A stretch of 63,395 bases of DNA, filler included, from an uncultured Myxococcia bacterium (GTDB lineage Bacteria; CAZTWC01), in assembly GCA_964617105.1 (NCBI GenBank). It is 15 parts of 15 records of this genome, joined end to end, with 100 filler letters (N's around TTAATTAATTAA, not from the genome) between each part and the next. Parts side by side here need not be neighbours in the genome. Positions count along the whole stretch, not along the records: positions 8,661 to 12,854 come from CAZTWC010000316.1; positions 12,955 to 17,147 come from CAZTWC010000317.1; positions 17,248 to 21,421 come from CAZTWC010000318.1; 12 more parts are not named here. One strand, 5' to 3'. Every line of letters starts with the position of its first letter. Within the stretch, counting starts at the first letter, position 1. Shown here piece after piece: positions 9,446 to 18,842 of this stretch. The notes under the pieces were generated by a model. That model saw nothing but the letters and a program-made list of their open reading frames with translations. It was not told the origin of the DNA and made no database searches. Made by a program: the position numbers and the translations under genes.

Positions 9446-12400
9446 ATGTTTTATAATTTGACAAAAACCTTAATTATATTTTGGATTTTATTTTCCCTGC
9501 CCCTACAGGCCCAGGCCTTGGATGAGGTGCTGATAGATCAGAACTTCAGCCGGCAAAAACTGGGCCAATCTCTCTATTTTTTAGAGGATAAAGAGGGTGT
9601 ACTGACTATTCACGATGTCACCAATGTAGAGGTTGCTAAACAGTTTGTAAAAAGCGAGAGGGATACTCCCAATTTTGGTTTTACGGATTCGGTATATTGG
9701 TTTCGTTTTCAATTGAAAAACCATCTTAAAGAAACCAAAGAACTATTGCTGGAAATAGGCTATCCCGTGCTCGATGATATCGAACTGCACTTTCAGAATA
9801 AAAAAAATATCTGGATAAAAAAGAAAGCTGGCGATAAATACCCCTTTAGCCAAAGAGAGATAGCCCACCATTATTTTCTTTTTTCAATAAAATTAGCGCC
9901 ATCAGAATCGCGGCAAATCTATTTTCGGGTAAAAACCGAAAGTTCCATGCAGATTCCCCTCTATTTGCTCACCTATAAGGCTCAGCTGCACAAGGATAAG
10001 CAGGAGTTACCTTTTCTCTGGTCGGTTTTTGGCATTATGCTGGTGATGATTTTATTCAATCTTGCTATCTTTGCAATCCTTAAAGATATAAACTATCTCT
10101 ACTTTGTCCTCTATCTTTTTTGCTACTCTATATTTAATTTCTCCTTGAACGGTCTGGCTTTTCAATACGCCTGGCCTAATTGGCCCTGGTGGGCTAACAA
10201 CAATGTACCGTTTGCTGTTGCCTTTCTCAATTTTTTCACTTTGTTGTTTGCCATCTCTTTTTTGCAGGTAAAAAGTGAAAATAGGTTTTTATACAGGATA
10301 ATGTCAATTTTGGCAACTGTTATCGCGGTTATCGGATTCAGTTCATTTTTATTTCCCTATGCTATTGGTGTTAAATTAGTCGCCGGCATAAGCCCGCTTA
10401 CTAGTACCCTGGTTATTTTTGTGGGTATTTTATCCTGGCGGCGTGGTTATCAACCCGCCCGTTATTATCTCCTGGCCTGGTTGTTTTTTTTGCTGGGAGC
10501 GATTCTCTTGGTTTTTAACAAGTTTGGCATTGTCCCGCGCAATTTTATCACGGAAAACGGTATGAATTTGGGCGTTATTGTACAGGTTGTCCTAATATCC
10601 TTTGCTCTGGCCGACAGGATCAATCAAGTAAGAAAAGATAAATATCTGGCGCAGAAACAGGTTTTGCTACAACAGAAAGAGATAGAAAAAGCCCAGGCAG
10701 AAGCCTTGCGTATCCAAAAAGAGGCAGCGGAAAACTTGCAACTTCAGGTGGAAAAAAAGACCAAAGATCTGCAGTTAAAAACCAAGGAGGCTTTGACTGC
10801 CAGGGAGAAGGCGCAAAAAGCGGAAAAAGAGGCTCTCCAGTCAGGATTGGAGTCGGAAGTGGCCCGGAAAGTGGCCCTGGATGCCAAAAACGAGATGGAG
10901 GAAGCCTATGAAAAATTATCGGAAGCCAACCAAAAACTAAAAGAGCAGGATGATCTAAAAACCACTTTTTTTCAGAATATCACCCACGAGTTGCGTACCC
11001 CTCTGACCCTGGTGTTGGGGCCCATAGACGGATTACTCCGCGGTTCTCTTGGAGATCTTCACCCCCTGGTTAGAGAATCTTTATCGCTGATGCAGAGAAA
11101 TACCAGCCGGCTTTTACGCCTGGTCAATCAAATGCTGGATATCTCCAAGTTGGATGCCGGCAAGATGAAGTTACAGGCCAGGCCGGTGGATATTGTGGAG
11201 ATGCTGAAAGAATTGAAGGATTCCTTCGGCTCATTTGCTAAGCGGAAAAATATCCACTTTGATCTGATTTTACCTTGTACTACCCTGGGTGTTTACCTTG
11301 ATCCGGAAAAGATGGAAAAGATTTTGTTCAACCTGCTCTCCAATGCTTTTAAGTTCACCCCCGAGGCGGGCAAAGTTACATTCAGTCTGGACCTGGAAAA
11401 AAGTAATAACCAGACCGCCACTTTGCCGTTATACGATTTTGTCTTGGCAATAGAAGATTCTTTATTGCGGACAGCAATATACAGCAACCTGCTCAAAATA
11501 GGCAGTGTTCTGGAGGTAGGGGGTTTGAGCCAGATAAAAGAGGTGTTGACTCATAGTCGTTGCTATTGTCTGCTAATAGATTTTGACCCTCTTTCTGAAC
11601 CAGACTGCCTCGATTTTGTGAACAATTTGCCCCCTGGCACCAGGGTAGTGGCAATAGAGCCTACAATCCAACCAATTTTTGTCAATTCTCTACGGGATCA
11701 GGGTCAGGTGGATGGAGTGCTGCCCCGTATTTGGAATCAGGGGCAGGCTGAACTGCTTCTGTCTGGTATCCTGGCCCAGAAGAGAGAGGGTAATGATTCC
11801 GGTCACTTTATAATCCAGTTGTCAGACAGCGGTATCGGCATTCCTGCCAAAGATTTGCCCCATATTTTTGACCGTTTTCATCAGGTTGACGGTACCACCA
11901 CCCGGGAGTACGAAGGCACTGGCCTGGGGTTGTCAATGGTCAAGGAGTTTGTGGAGTTGCACTACGGCCGGGTGGAGGTGGAAAGTCAACCGGGTCAGGG
12001 CAGTGTATTTACTCTTACTATACCTTTGGGTAAGGAACACTTATCGTCTGATCAGGTGCTGGAGGTTCCTTTTGGCTCGGCGGATCCATATTCCAGCGGA
12101 CGACTGCCGGACAACCGTTTCCAAGAAGGGGAATGCAGTATTGCTGATGTGGAAAACATATCCGAACCCAATCAATGGAAGACACCCCGGCGGCTGTCCG
12201 ACCGGCGGTTGGTATATTCCAGCCAGATAGAGATAGATGCCATCTCAACCGACATTGATGGGCAAGATAGTAGTAGCAATGATCATGATGTTCAAACAGA
12301 ATTACAGTTGACAACCTCCCAGGGAGAATCCGCTTCAGGCACCAACGGAGATGACAGTAAAAAGGTACTGGTAGTGGAAGATAGTTATGATATGCGCAAG

Positions 12401-12854
12401 TTTATCTTTTCCATTCTGTCACCCCATTACCAGGTGCTGGAGGCGGTAAACGGTGAGCAGGGATTGGAGATGGCTCTGTCTAAAAAACCGGATATAATTT
12501 TGAGTGACGTAATGATGCCCAAAATGGACGGTAACCAAATGCTCAAAGCCATAAGAGCCAATAAGCAGACGGAACATATTCCCATGATCTTATTAACCGC
12601 CAAAGCATCGGAGGATTTGCGGCTGGAAGGATTGGAAGCCGGGGCTGATGATTATTTGTCCAAACCTTTTAATTCTAACGAACTATTATCCCGGGTTAAA
12701 AACCTGTTCCGTTTGAAATCCAAAGAAAAAGCGCTGGTGCAAAATGTGCTCAAGCGCTATCTGCCCCCGGATTTGGTGGACAAGATGATGGATAGCCATC
12801 ATGAGTTGGACGGCAAACCCAAAGCCGTGACCGCCACCATTTTGTTTAGCGATT
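9446..12854 (+). CDS. 7TM-DISM hybrid histidine kinase with receiver and start of class III nucleotide cyclase (3'-partial)
   Basis: Signal peptide; PNFGFTDSVYWFRF (7TMR-DISMED2-like); 7 hydrophobic helices; THELRTPL; NLLSNAFKF; DSGIGI; GTGLGL; REC ILSDVMMPKMDG; ends ATILFSD. Confidence 0.9.
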
Positions 12855-12954
12855 NNNNNNNNNNNNNNNNNNNNNNNNNNNNNNNNNNNNNNNNNNNNTT
12901 AATTAATTAANNNNNNNNNNNNNNNNNNNNNNNNNNNNNNNNNNNNNNNNNNNN

Positions 12955-13848
12955 GGTTTTGTAAACTATTTCTTGCTGTTACCCAAAATTGATGGTTGGA
13001 ACATCCGTTTTAACGGCGTGAAGGAGCATCTGGAGCACCACGGATTCGAGGTCTACGAAGTTGAAACCACTCCCTATGCTGATTTACAGACCCGGGCCAA
13101 TCAACTGGCTAAACAGGTGGATCAAATTTTGGAAAAAACCAACTGCAGGGATGGTAATCCGATAAAACTCAACCTGATAGCCCACTCCATGGGAGGACTG
13201 GACTGTCGACTGCTGATATCTAACAACACCACTGGCAAAACTACCAGCAACGATCCACGAGATTCTGTTCGGGGGCTGAATTATGCCGATAGAATTAATT
13301 CACTTACCTGCATCTCTACGCCAAACTGGGGCACTCGTGTGGCAGACCGCTTCCTGGAGGAGATACCCGGCCCAGCACAGGATGCATGGGCAGCACTTCT
13401 AAACCTGGCCGGCAGTATCTACAACAATGAAAGTCCAGGCAAAAATGACCTAAAGCGAGCCACCTACTACCTGACAGAAAAGTTCTGTTCACAGTTTAAT
13501 ATCGATCACCCGGAGCCGGAAGGGGTCTGTTGCAGGACCTACGCTGGAATAACCAGGGAGATATTGCCAAGAAAGCCTGACTCTGATGAAGTGGATATCC
13601 CGCTGTGGTTGACTTATAAGGTGCTTGCCACTGATCCCATTAGTGAAAACCACATTTCAGATGGTTTTATTCCGCTATTCTCAGCGGTGTGGAAAGCTGA
13701 TTACTATCAGGCCTATCAGGGCGATGCTCTGCCGGCTGATCACCTGAATCAGGTTGGCTACTTTTGCGGAATAGATGACCAAAAGTTCGATCATCTTGAA
13801 TTTTATCTTTACCTGGCCAATTTAGTCAGTTGTAAGAATAGGGGATAA
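12955..13848 (+). CDS. Alpha/beta-hydrolase, lipase/esterase (5' probably partial)
   Basis: AHSMGGLD nucleophile elbow, STPNWGT, SDGFIP (Asp), ADHLNQVG (His). Confidence 0.88.
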   Translation, partial: GFVNYFLLLPKIDGWNIRFNGVKEHLEHHGFEVYEVETTPYADLQTRANQLAKQVDQILEKTNCRDGNPIKLNLIAHSMGGLDCRLLISNNTTGKTTSNDPRDSVRGLNYADRINSLTCISTPNWGTRVADRFLEEIPGPAQDAWAALLNLAGSIYNNESPGKNDLKRATYYLTEKFCSQFNIDHPEPEGVCCRTYAGITREILPRKPDSDEVDIPLWLTYKVLATDPISENHISDGFIPLFSAVWKADYYQAYQGDALPADHLNQVGYFCGIDDQKFDHLEFYLYLANLVSCKNRG

Positions 13849-13852
13849 CTGA

Positions 13853-14242
13853 ATGATAAAATTGAATAAATTGATTTCAACCATGCTGTGTATCGTTATA
13901 TTTCACCTTCCAATAATTGCCTCTGGCGATGACTGCCCCAAGGCTACACCAATATTCCAAGATGAAATTGCCACCTGCGATGGCGTGATCCTGCAGGAGG
14001 CAAAGGTTAAAAAATACCTTAATTTGAATGCGGATACCAAAGCCCTGCAGGAAAAACTATCCCGGGAACAATCCATGCGAAAACGAAAAATGGAAGTATG
14101 CAGGGAAAAAATGGAAGCCGCTGACAGTCGAATCAGTGAACTTGAGAACCCACCCTGGTGGAAAACCGCCAAGTTCAACCGCTACCTCGGGTTTTTAGGT
14201 GGGGTGGTGGTGAGTGTGGCGGCGCTTTGGGCTTTTCAGTGA
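13853..14242 (+). CDS. Hypothetical exported coiled-coil protein with C-terminal membrane anchor
   Basis: N-terminal signal peptide, Cys pair, central coiled coil, WW-K then GFLGGVVVSVAALWAF helix. Confidence 0.7.
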   Translation: MIKLNKLISTMLCIVIFHLPIIASGDDCPKATPIFQDEIATCDGVILQEAKVKKYLNLNADTKALQEKLSREQSMRKRKMEVCREKMEAADSRISELENPPWWKTAKFNRYLGFLGGVVVSVAALWAFQ

Positions 14243-14274
14243 AGGGGGGATGGTGTGGAGAATTTGGCGCTAAA

Positions 14275-14709
14275 TTAAATCGGCTGTAGCCCAACAACTA
14301 ACCTTTTATTCAACGCTATCAATGCCGATTCAATGCGCGGTAGTCTTGATTGGTGATGAGGGTCTAGCAAGCGGCGCACCTCCTTCTCATCACAATTTAA
14401 CCGTCTGGAAAGTTCAACCTTGGATATGGCTACATCATTAAGCGCAATGTAAAGTGCGGCTTTAGCTGCCATTTGTGCCGGCAAGGGAACAGAGAATTCA
14501 TTTTTTCCCGGTCTGGAAGGTGTTGGGATAGATGACTTCATTACTATTCGGTTAGCCACCGCTTCTTCCAGGCAGTCAATGGCTTCCTTCAGCGCTTCCT
14601 TTTGAGTGTCACCCTGAGTAATGGCTTCGGGAAAATCAATAAATGTAACTACAAATCCGCCATCCTCTTTATCAGGTGTTAATTTAGCAGGATATACAAA
14701 ATTATACAT
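14275..14709 (-). CDS. hicB: HicB-family antitoxin
   Basis: YPAKLTPD..GGFVVTFIDFPEAITQGDT..EA..EAIDCL plus C-terminal HTH. Confidence 0.92.
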   Translation of the reverse strand: MYNFVYPAKLTPDKEDGGFVVTFIDFPEAITQGDTQKEALKEAIDCLEEAVANRIVMKSSIPTPSRPGKNEFSVPLPAQMAAKAALYIALNDVAISKVELSRRLNCDEKEVRRLLDPHHQSRLPRIESALIALNKRLVVGLQPI

Positions 14710-14742
14710 TGAACTCCCCCCTATGTGTTTGGTGCCTGATCC

Positions 14743-14964
14743 TCATCCATTGTTTATGTCATCCATTGTCAAATTGAGTTGGCCTAACATAGCCTGCAAT
14801 GTGCCGGTTTTTAACTCATCTTTTGGATTTCTGATAATAGTAAACTTATTGCCATATAACAGAGTTTGGTGACTTCCTTTTCCTCGACGTTTCTCAATTT
14901 GCACATTGATTTTATTTTTATGGCCTATTTTCTTTATTTTTCGGATAAATTCATTACCTTTCAT
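14743..14964 (-). CDS. hicA: HicA-family mRNA interferase toxin (73 aa)
   Basis: RGKGSH catalytic motif and ELKTGTLQAMLGQL; true start at 14964, the longer ORF call to 15264 is spurious. Confidence 0.9.
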   Translation of the reverse strand: MKGNEFIRKIKKIGHKNKINVQIEKRRGKGSHQTLLYGNKFTIIRNPKDELKTGTLQAMLGQLNLTMDDINNG

Positions 14965-14970
14965 ACTTAT

Positions 14971-14999
14971 ATTGTCGGACAACTTTGACCGGATGTCAA
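14971..14999 (-). promoter_or_regulatory. Sigma70 promoter of hicAB with overlapping near-palindrome
   Basis: TTGACA-17 bp-GACAAT, 6 nt before the ATG; TTGTCGGACAA near-palindrome covers the -10. Confidence 0.7.
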
Positions 15000-15051
15000 G
15001 TGGAATCAGGGTATAACTGAAAATCAATCTAAAACTACAGCGTAAAAAACC

Positions 15052-15219
15052 ATGCGGAAGAAAAACATGGAAGTATGCAGGGAAAAACTGAGAATCACTG
15101 AGAGCCATATCAGCGAATTGGAGGACCCACAATTTTGGCAAACTACCAAGTTCCACCGTTACCTCGGGTTTGCCGGTGGGGTATTGGTGAGTGCAGCAAC
15201 AGTCTGGACTTTTAGATAG
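15052..15219 (+). pseudogene. 5'-truncated paralog of the 13853-14242 gene
   Basis: MRKKNMEVCREKLRITESHISELEDPQFWQTTKFHRYLGFAGGVLVSAATVWTFR aligns without gaps to the C-terminal 55 aa of that gene. Confidence 0.85.
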
Positions 15220-15750
15220 TTGCGACAACACCTTAAAATCAGTTTTTCCCCATACTTCATTCAACGGGTATTTAGTTTTGAAAGAACTTTCATCGAAAAT
15301 GATGAATTAAGATTTACAATCCAAAAATAAAAATCAGAACAGTAAATAAAAGAGATGTCAAGTCCCATTAATAGAAAAATCAATAGGTTGAAATCACAAG
15401 CGAAACGAAACGTTTTTTAACGCTACAACCAACTATGCCTGTTCACCGAAAATTTATTTGAATTGCTGGCAAGTGAGATTGAGAGAATATTTCTGACAAA
15501 CCCAAAATTGCACCATAGCATCAAGGCCTGCCATAGCGGGGAGGGTGGCTCCTCTTTGTTTTATGGAAGGGGCAGTGATTATGTTTTGCTATGGTGCAGT
15601 AATCATGGGCCCCTTTTTTATGTTAGGACTTAAGAAAACAGACAAGCCCCTTCCTGCTTTGTTGGTTACCTTCCCATTTTCAAAGAGTCAAGGGTTGTTT
15701 TGGTAAAGTTTCTGGAATTTTCAGGCAGGGATGGGAATCAATGATATCTA

Positions 15751-16843
15751 TAGCAAAACTTAATCATTTTTAGCGATGGTTTCCCTTGTACTTTTTGGTG
15801 AGAAATGGTAAGTATAATTTATGCCTACCTTAAAAAAACCGACTACAAAATGGGGTGACCTGGCAACAGTAACCCGTTGGTATAAGAAAGAGCGTGATGC
15901 TCGGATGAGCCAACGGTTGAATGCCATCAGGTTACTAATGAAGGGAGAGACACAAACTAAGGTTGCTGAACTATTAGATGTTTCTGTTGCCACTATTCGT
16001 AACTGGCGTTCCCGGTGGGACAAGGCTGGAAAGGAGGGACTAATCCCAGAGCATATTGGCTCTAGATCCAAAGTCACCGGGGGTATTCGACTTGAAATTA
16101 AAGAGATCATTGAAATAAAGCAGGAAATAGATGGTCAAACAGTTACGGGTAAATTGATTCATGGCCATATAAAAAAAAATACCTGATAGAAATCAGTTAT
16201 CCTCAAGTTTGTTACATTCTGCGCAGAATGGGTTATAAACGTCTTCGTCCCCGCTCATGGCCTGAAAAACAAGATGAAGAAGTCCGTCAAGAATTTATGG
16301 CCAAATTAGATGCTCTTCGCAACCAACCTCGAATAGAAATTTGGTATCAGGATGAGTGCGGAATCCAGGGCGACAGTAAACCACGACAAATTTGGGCCAA
16401 AAAGGGTTCACGACCCAGACAACCCTATACAGGAGCTCATATTAGGGAAAATGACATTGGCGCAGTAAGTCCATCAGATGGGACCTTTTTCAGTTTGATA
16501 ATGCCTGTGGTGAATAAAGCGACTTTCCAAATTTATCTGGACCATTTGAATGACCACATCGGCAATAAGTGGATAGTGATGGTTATGGACAATGCCAGTT
16601 GGCACAAAGCCGCCGGGCTGAATTGGGGACATATTGTTCCTTTATATTTACCGGCATATTCACCTGACTTTAACCCAATTGAGCGTATATGGTTGAATCT
16701 GAAAGAGTCTTTTTTCTCAAGATTTGTGGCTAAAAACTATAATGAGTTAACAGAGAGATTGTCAGATGCTTTAAGATATTATCACTCTCACCCGGAGGTC
16801 TGTATGTCTATTTGCCATCGTTAAAAATTAGTAATAACTGCTA
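15751..16843 (+). mobile_element. IS630-family insertion sequence, about 1.09 kb
   Basis: Imperfect terminal inverted repeats TAGCAAAACTTAATCATTTTTAGCGATGG / CCATCGTTAAAAATTAGTAATAACTGCTA; TA duplicated at 15749-50 and 16844-45. Confidence 0.93.
15821..16824 (+). CDS. IS630 transposase in two frames (HTH 15821-16186; DDE to 16824)
   Basis: WYQDE, MDNASWH, LPAYSPDFNPIERIW; poly-A run starting at 16171 at the frame junction. Confidence 0.92.
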
Positions 16844-16992
16844 TATCTCCAAAAACCTTGCCACATTTGACCATAGATAGATTATCTCTACCCGAAAGTG
16901 GCGATCTATTCCAGTCTGAGCAATAGGTTAAAATTTCCCACTACTGTCCAGTAAACTTTTTGCAGCACCGGATATAACAACCATGGAAGTCT

Positions 16993-17092
16993 GCCCCGGA
17001 GCGAAACTTTATAGCGTAGCGGTATTTTGGCACGGGATGCCTGCGTTATTCACAAATATAATTGCCAAAATACTATAAAGTAAGCGAAGGGC
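16993..17092 (+). repeat. Structured intergenic palindromic (REP/MITE-like) element
   Basis: Nested arms GCCC/GGGC, CTTTATAG/CTATAAAG, GTATTTTGGCA/TGCCAAAATAC with unpaired GCGAA and GCGTAGC inserts. Confidence 0.55.
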
Positions 17093-17147
17093 TATAATGG
17101 ACCCCAAAAACTAGACAGGTATAAATGGCATGTTTTAATGGAAAAAT
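17093..17147 (+). mobile_element. Possible left end of an IS3-family element at contig edge
   Basis: TATAATGGACCCCAAAAACTAGACA resembles IS150-group left ends; contig breaks right after. Confidence 0.4.
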
Positions 17148-17247
17148 NNNNNNNNNNNNNNNNNNNNNNNNNNNNNNNNNNNNNNNNNNNNTTAATTAAT
17201 TAANNNNNNNNNNNNNNNNNNNNNNNNNNNNNNNNNNNNNNNNNNNN

Positions 17248-17315
17248 CCACAGTAGTTATAGATAATATCCCGAAGAAGTTTAAACTCGCTGTCGGTCAT
17301 CGATATATTTATCAT
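17248..17315 (-). CDS. cheR: CheR methyltransferase, N-terminal fragment
   Basis: MINISMTDSEFKLLRDIIYNYCG typical CheR N-terminus, downstream of cheW. Confidence 0.75.
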
Positions 17316-17419
17316 GGATAATTCCAGATGGTAAGGGTGGCGGTGACCTCTTTTTCAGCGATTCCTGTTAAGGGTGCATAAAAACTAACTTTACTTGCAG
17401 CCCTATTTTAAAGCGAGCC

Positions 17420-17905
17420 CTAAATCAGAAAATCCAACTGCTCTTGTTCTGAACTGGTCAATACTTTATTAATATTCAGAAGTAAAAGCAATCTATTTTC
17501 GTGGTTACATACCCCCACGAAATACTTGGAGGTGCTGTTTAAAACAATTTTAGGCGCAGGCTTGATGTTTTGGTGGGGAACAGTAACAACTTCAAGGACA
17601 GCATCTACTATTAGTCCCAAGACTCTTTTTTTAACCACAACGATAATATACTTAGTAAGTCTGGTGATGCCTTTGGGGTTCATCCCAAAGCGTTTGCGTA
17701 AGTCGATAATTGGGATGATATTTCCCCTCAGTTCTATTACCCCTTCAAAAAATGGAGGAGACTTGGGAACCGGGGTTATGGGTTGAGGTTCAATTATTTG
17801 TCTGATACGCATAATATCTATGACATACTCTTCATCTCCCACGCTGAAGGTGGCCAGTTGAACCAGATTATCATCAAAATCAACTTTTACTCCGGTAGTG
17901 GTCAT
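17420..17905 (-). CDS. cheW: CheW coupling protein
   Basis: TFSVGDEEYVIDI, ITPVPKSPPFFEGVIELRGNIIPIIDLRKRF, GLIVDAV. Confidence 0.93.
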   Translation of the reverse strand: MTTTGVKVDFDDNLVQLATFSVGDEEYVIDIMRIRQIIEPQPITPVPKSPPFFEGVIELRGNIIPIIDLRKRFGMNPKGITRLTKYIIVVVKKRVLGLIVDAVLEVVTVPHQNIKPAPKIVLNSTSKYFVGVCNHENRLLLLLNINKVLTSSEQEQLDFLI

Positions 17906-17928
17906 AAACTTGTCCCATTAGTATATAT

Positions 17929-18813
17929 TTAGTAAAGAGATATTTCCAAAACGCTCTCGAGATTGAGAATAATTAGCATATTATCCTTAAATTTCCCCAC
18001 TCCTTCAATAAAGTCGGCTTCCATGCTGCTAATTACCTGGGGAGGCGGCTCTATTTCATCTTCAGAGAATCTTACCACCTGGGAAACTCGGTCCACGATT
18101 AGACCATAGTCCTGATCTTCTCTCAACAGTACCAGTATCCTGGTATTGTGGTCAGGATCTTTTGCCTTAAGTTTCAAGCGTTTGCGCAGGTCGATAATAG
18201 GGATTATCTGGCCGCGTAATGATAATACTCCAGGGACATATTGCGGAGCACGGGGAACTTCGGTGATGGGTTGGTATTTAATAATTTCTTTAATATGCAT
18301 AATACTGATGGCATATTCTTCATTGTCCAGCATAAATCCCAGAAATTCCTGCAGACCTTCATCAAATACTTCCTGGTCTTTCCCCAGGTCGGAATATATT
18401 TCTTCAGCCAGGTGAATGAAATCAGCTCCTTCAGTGGTTTGTTCACGGATGAAAAATCCTTTTAAAGGATCATCTTCGTCAAAGTCATCGTCTTTGGGCT
18501 CTGTTCGTGGCTGACTTTGCTGAACGTAGACAACTGTAGGAGGATGAGGATATGGTTTTTCGGCAGGAGGACTGGGTTGATGAGAGGATGCATCATCGCT
18601 GGCTTCCTGCTCCGTTCCAATCTGGTTGCTTATCATCATCATTTTTTGTAGCATCTCTTCTGAGATGGGAGAAGATGAGAGATGATCTGAGCTAGTTCTG
18701 GATTGTTCAGCTTCCTTGTTTATGTTTTCCAGGGAATATTTCCCGCTTTTTCCATTGGCTGTAAGTTTCTTTTTATTCTTTGAACCACCGATTTTCCGCT
18801 TTTTTGTGGCCAT
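17929..18813 (-). CDS. cheW: CheW with long low-complexity N-terminal extension
   Basis: C-terminal ITEVPRAPQYVPGVLSLRGQIIPIIDLR; about 150 aa basic, S/P-rich, then acidic N-terminus. Confidence 0.9.
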   Translation of the reverse strand: MATKKRKIGGSKNKKKLTANGKSGKYSLENINKEAEQSRTSSDHLSSSPISEEMLQKMMMISNQIGTEQEASDDASSHQPSPPAEKPYPHPPTVVYVQQSQPRTEPKDDDFDEDDPLKGFFIREQTTEGADFIHLAEEIYSDLGKDQEVFDEGLQEFLGFMLDNEEYAISIMHIKEIIKYQPITEVPRAPQYVPGVLSLRGQIIPIIDLRKRLKLKAKDPDHNTRILVLLREDQDYGLIVDRVSQVVRFSEDEIEPPPQVISSMEADFIEGVGKFKDNMLIILNLESVLEISLY

Positions 18814-18842
18814 TTATTAATTCCCCTGATTTTAAATGATGT

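Noticed and set aside
14965-15264. 100-aa N-terminal extension of HicA
   Set aside because: Spans the promoter and the antisense of the duplicated gene tip
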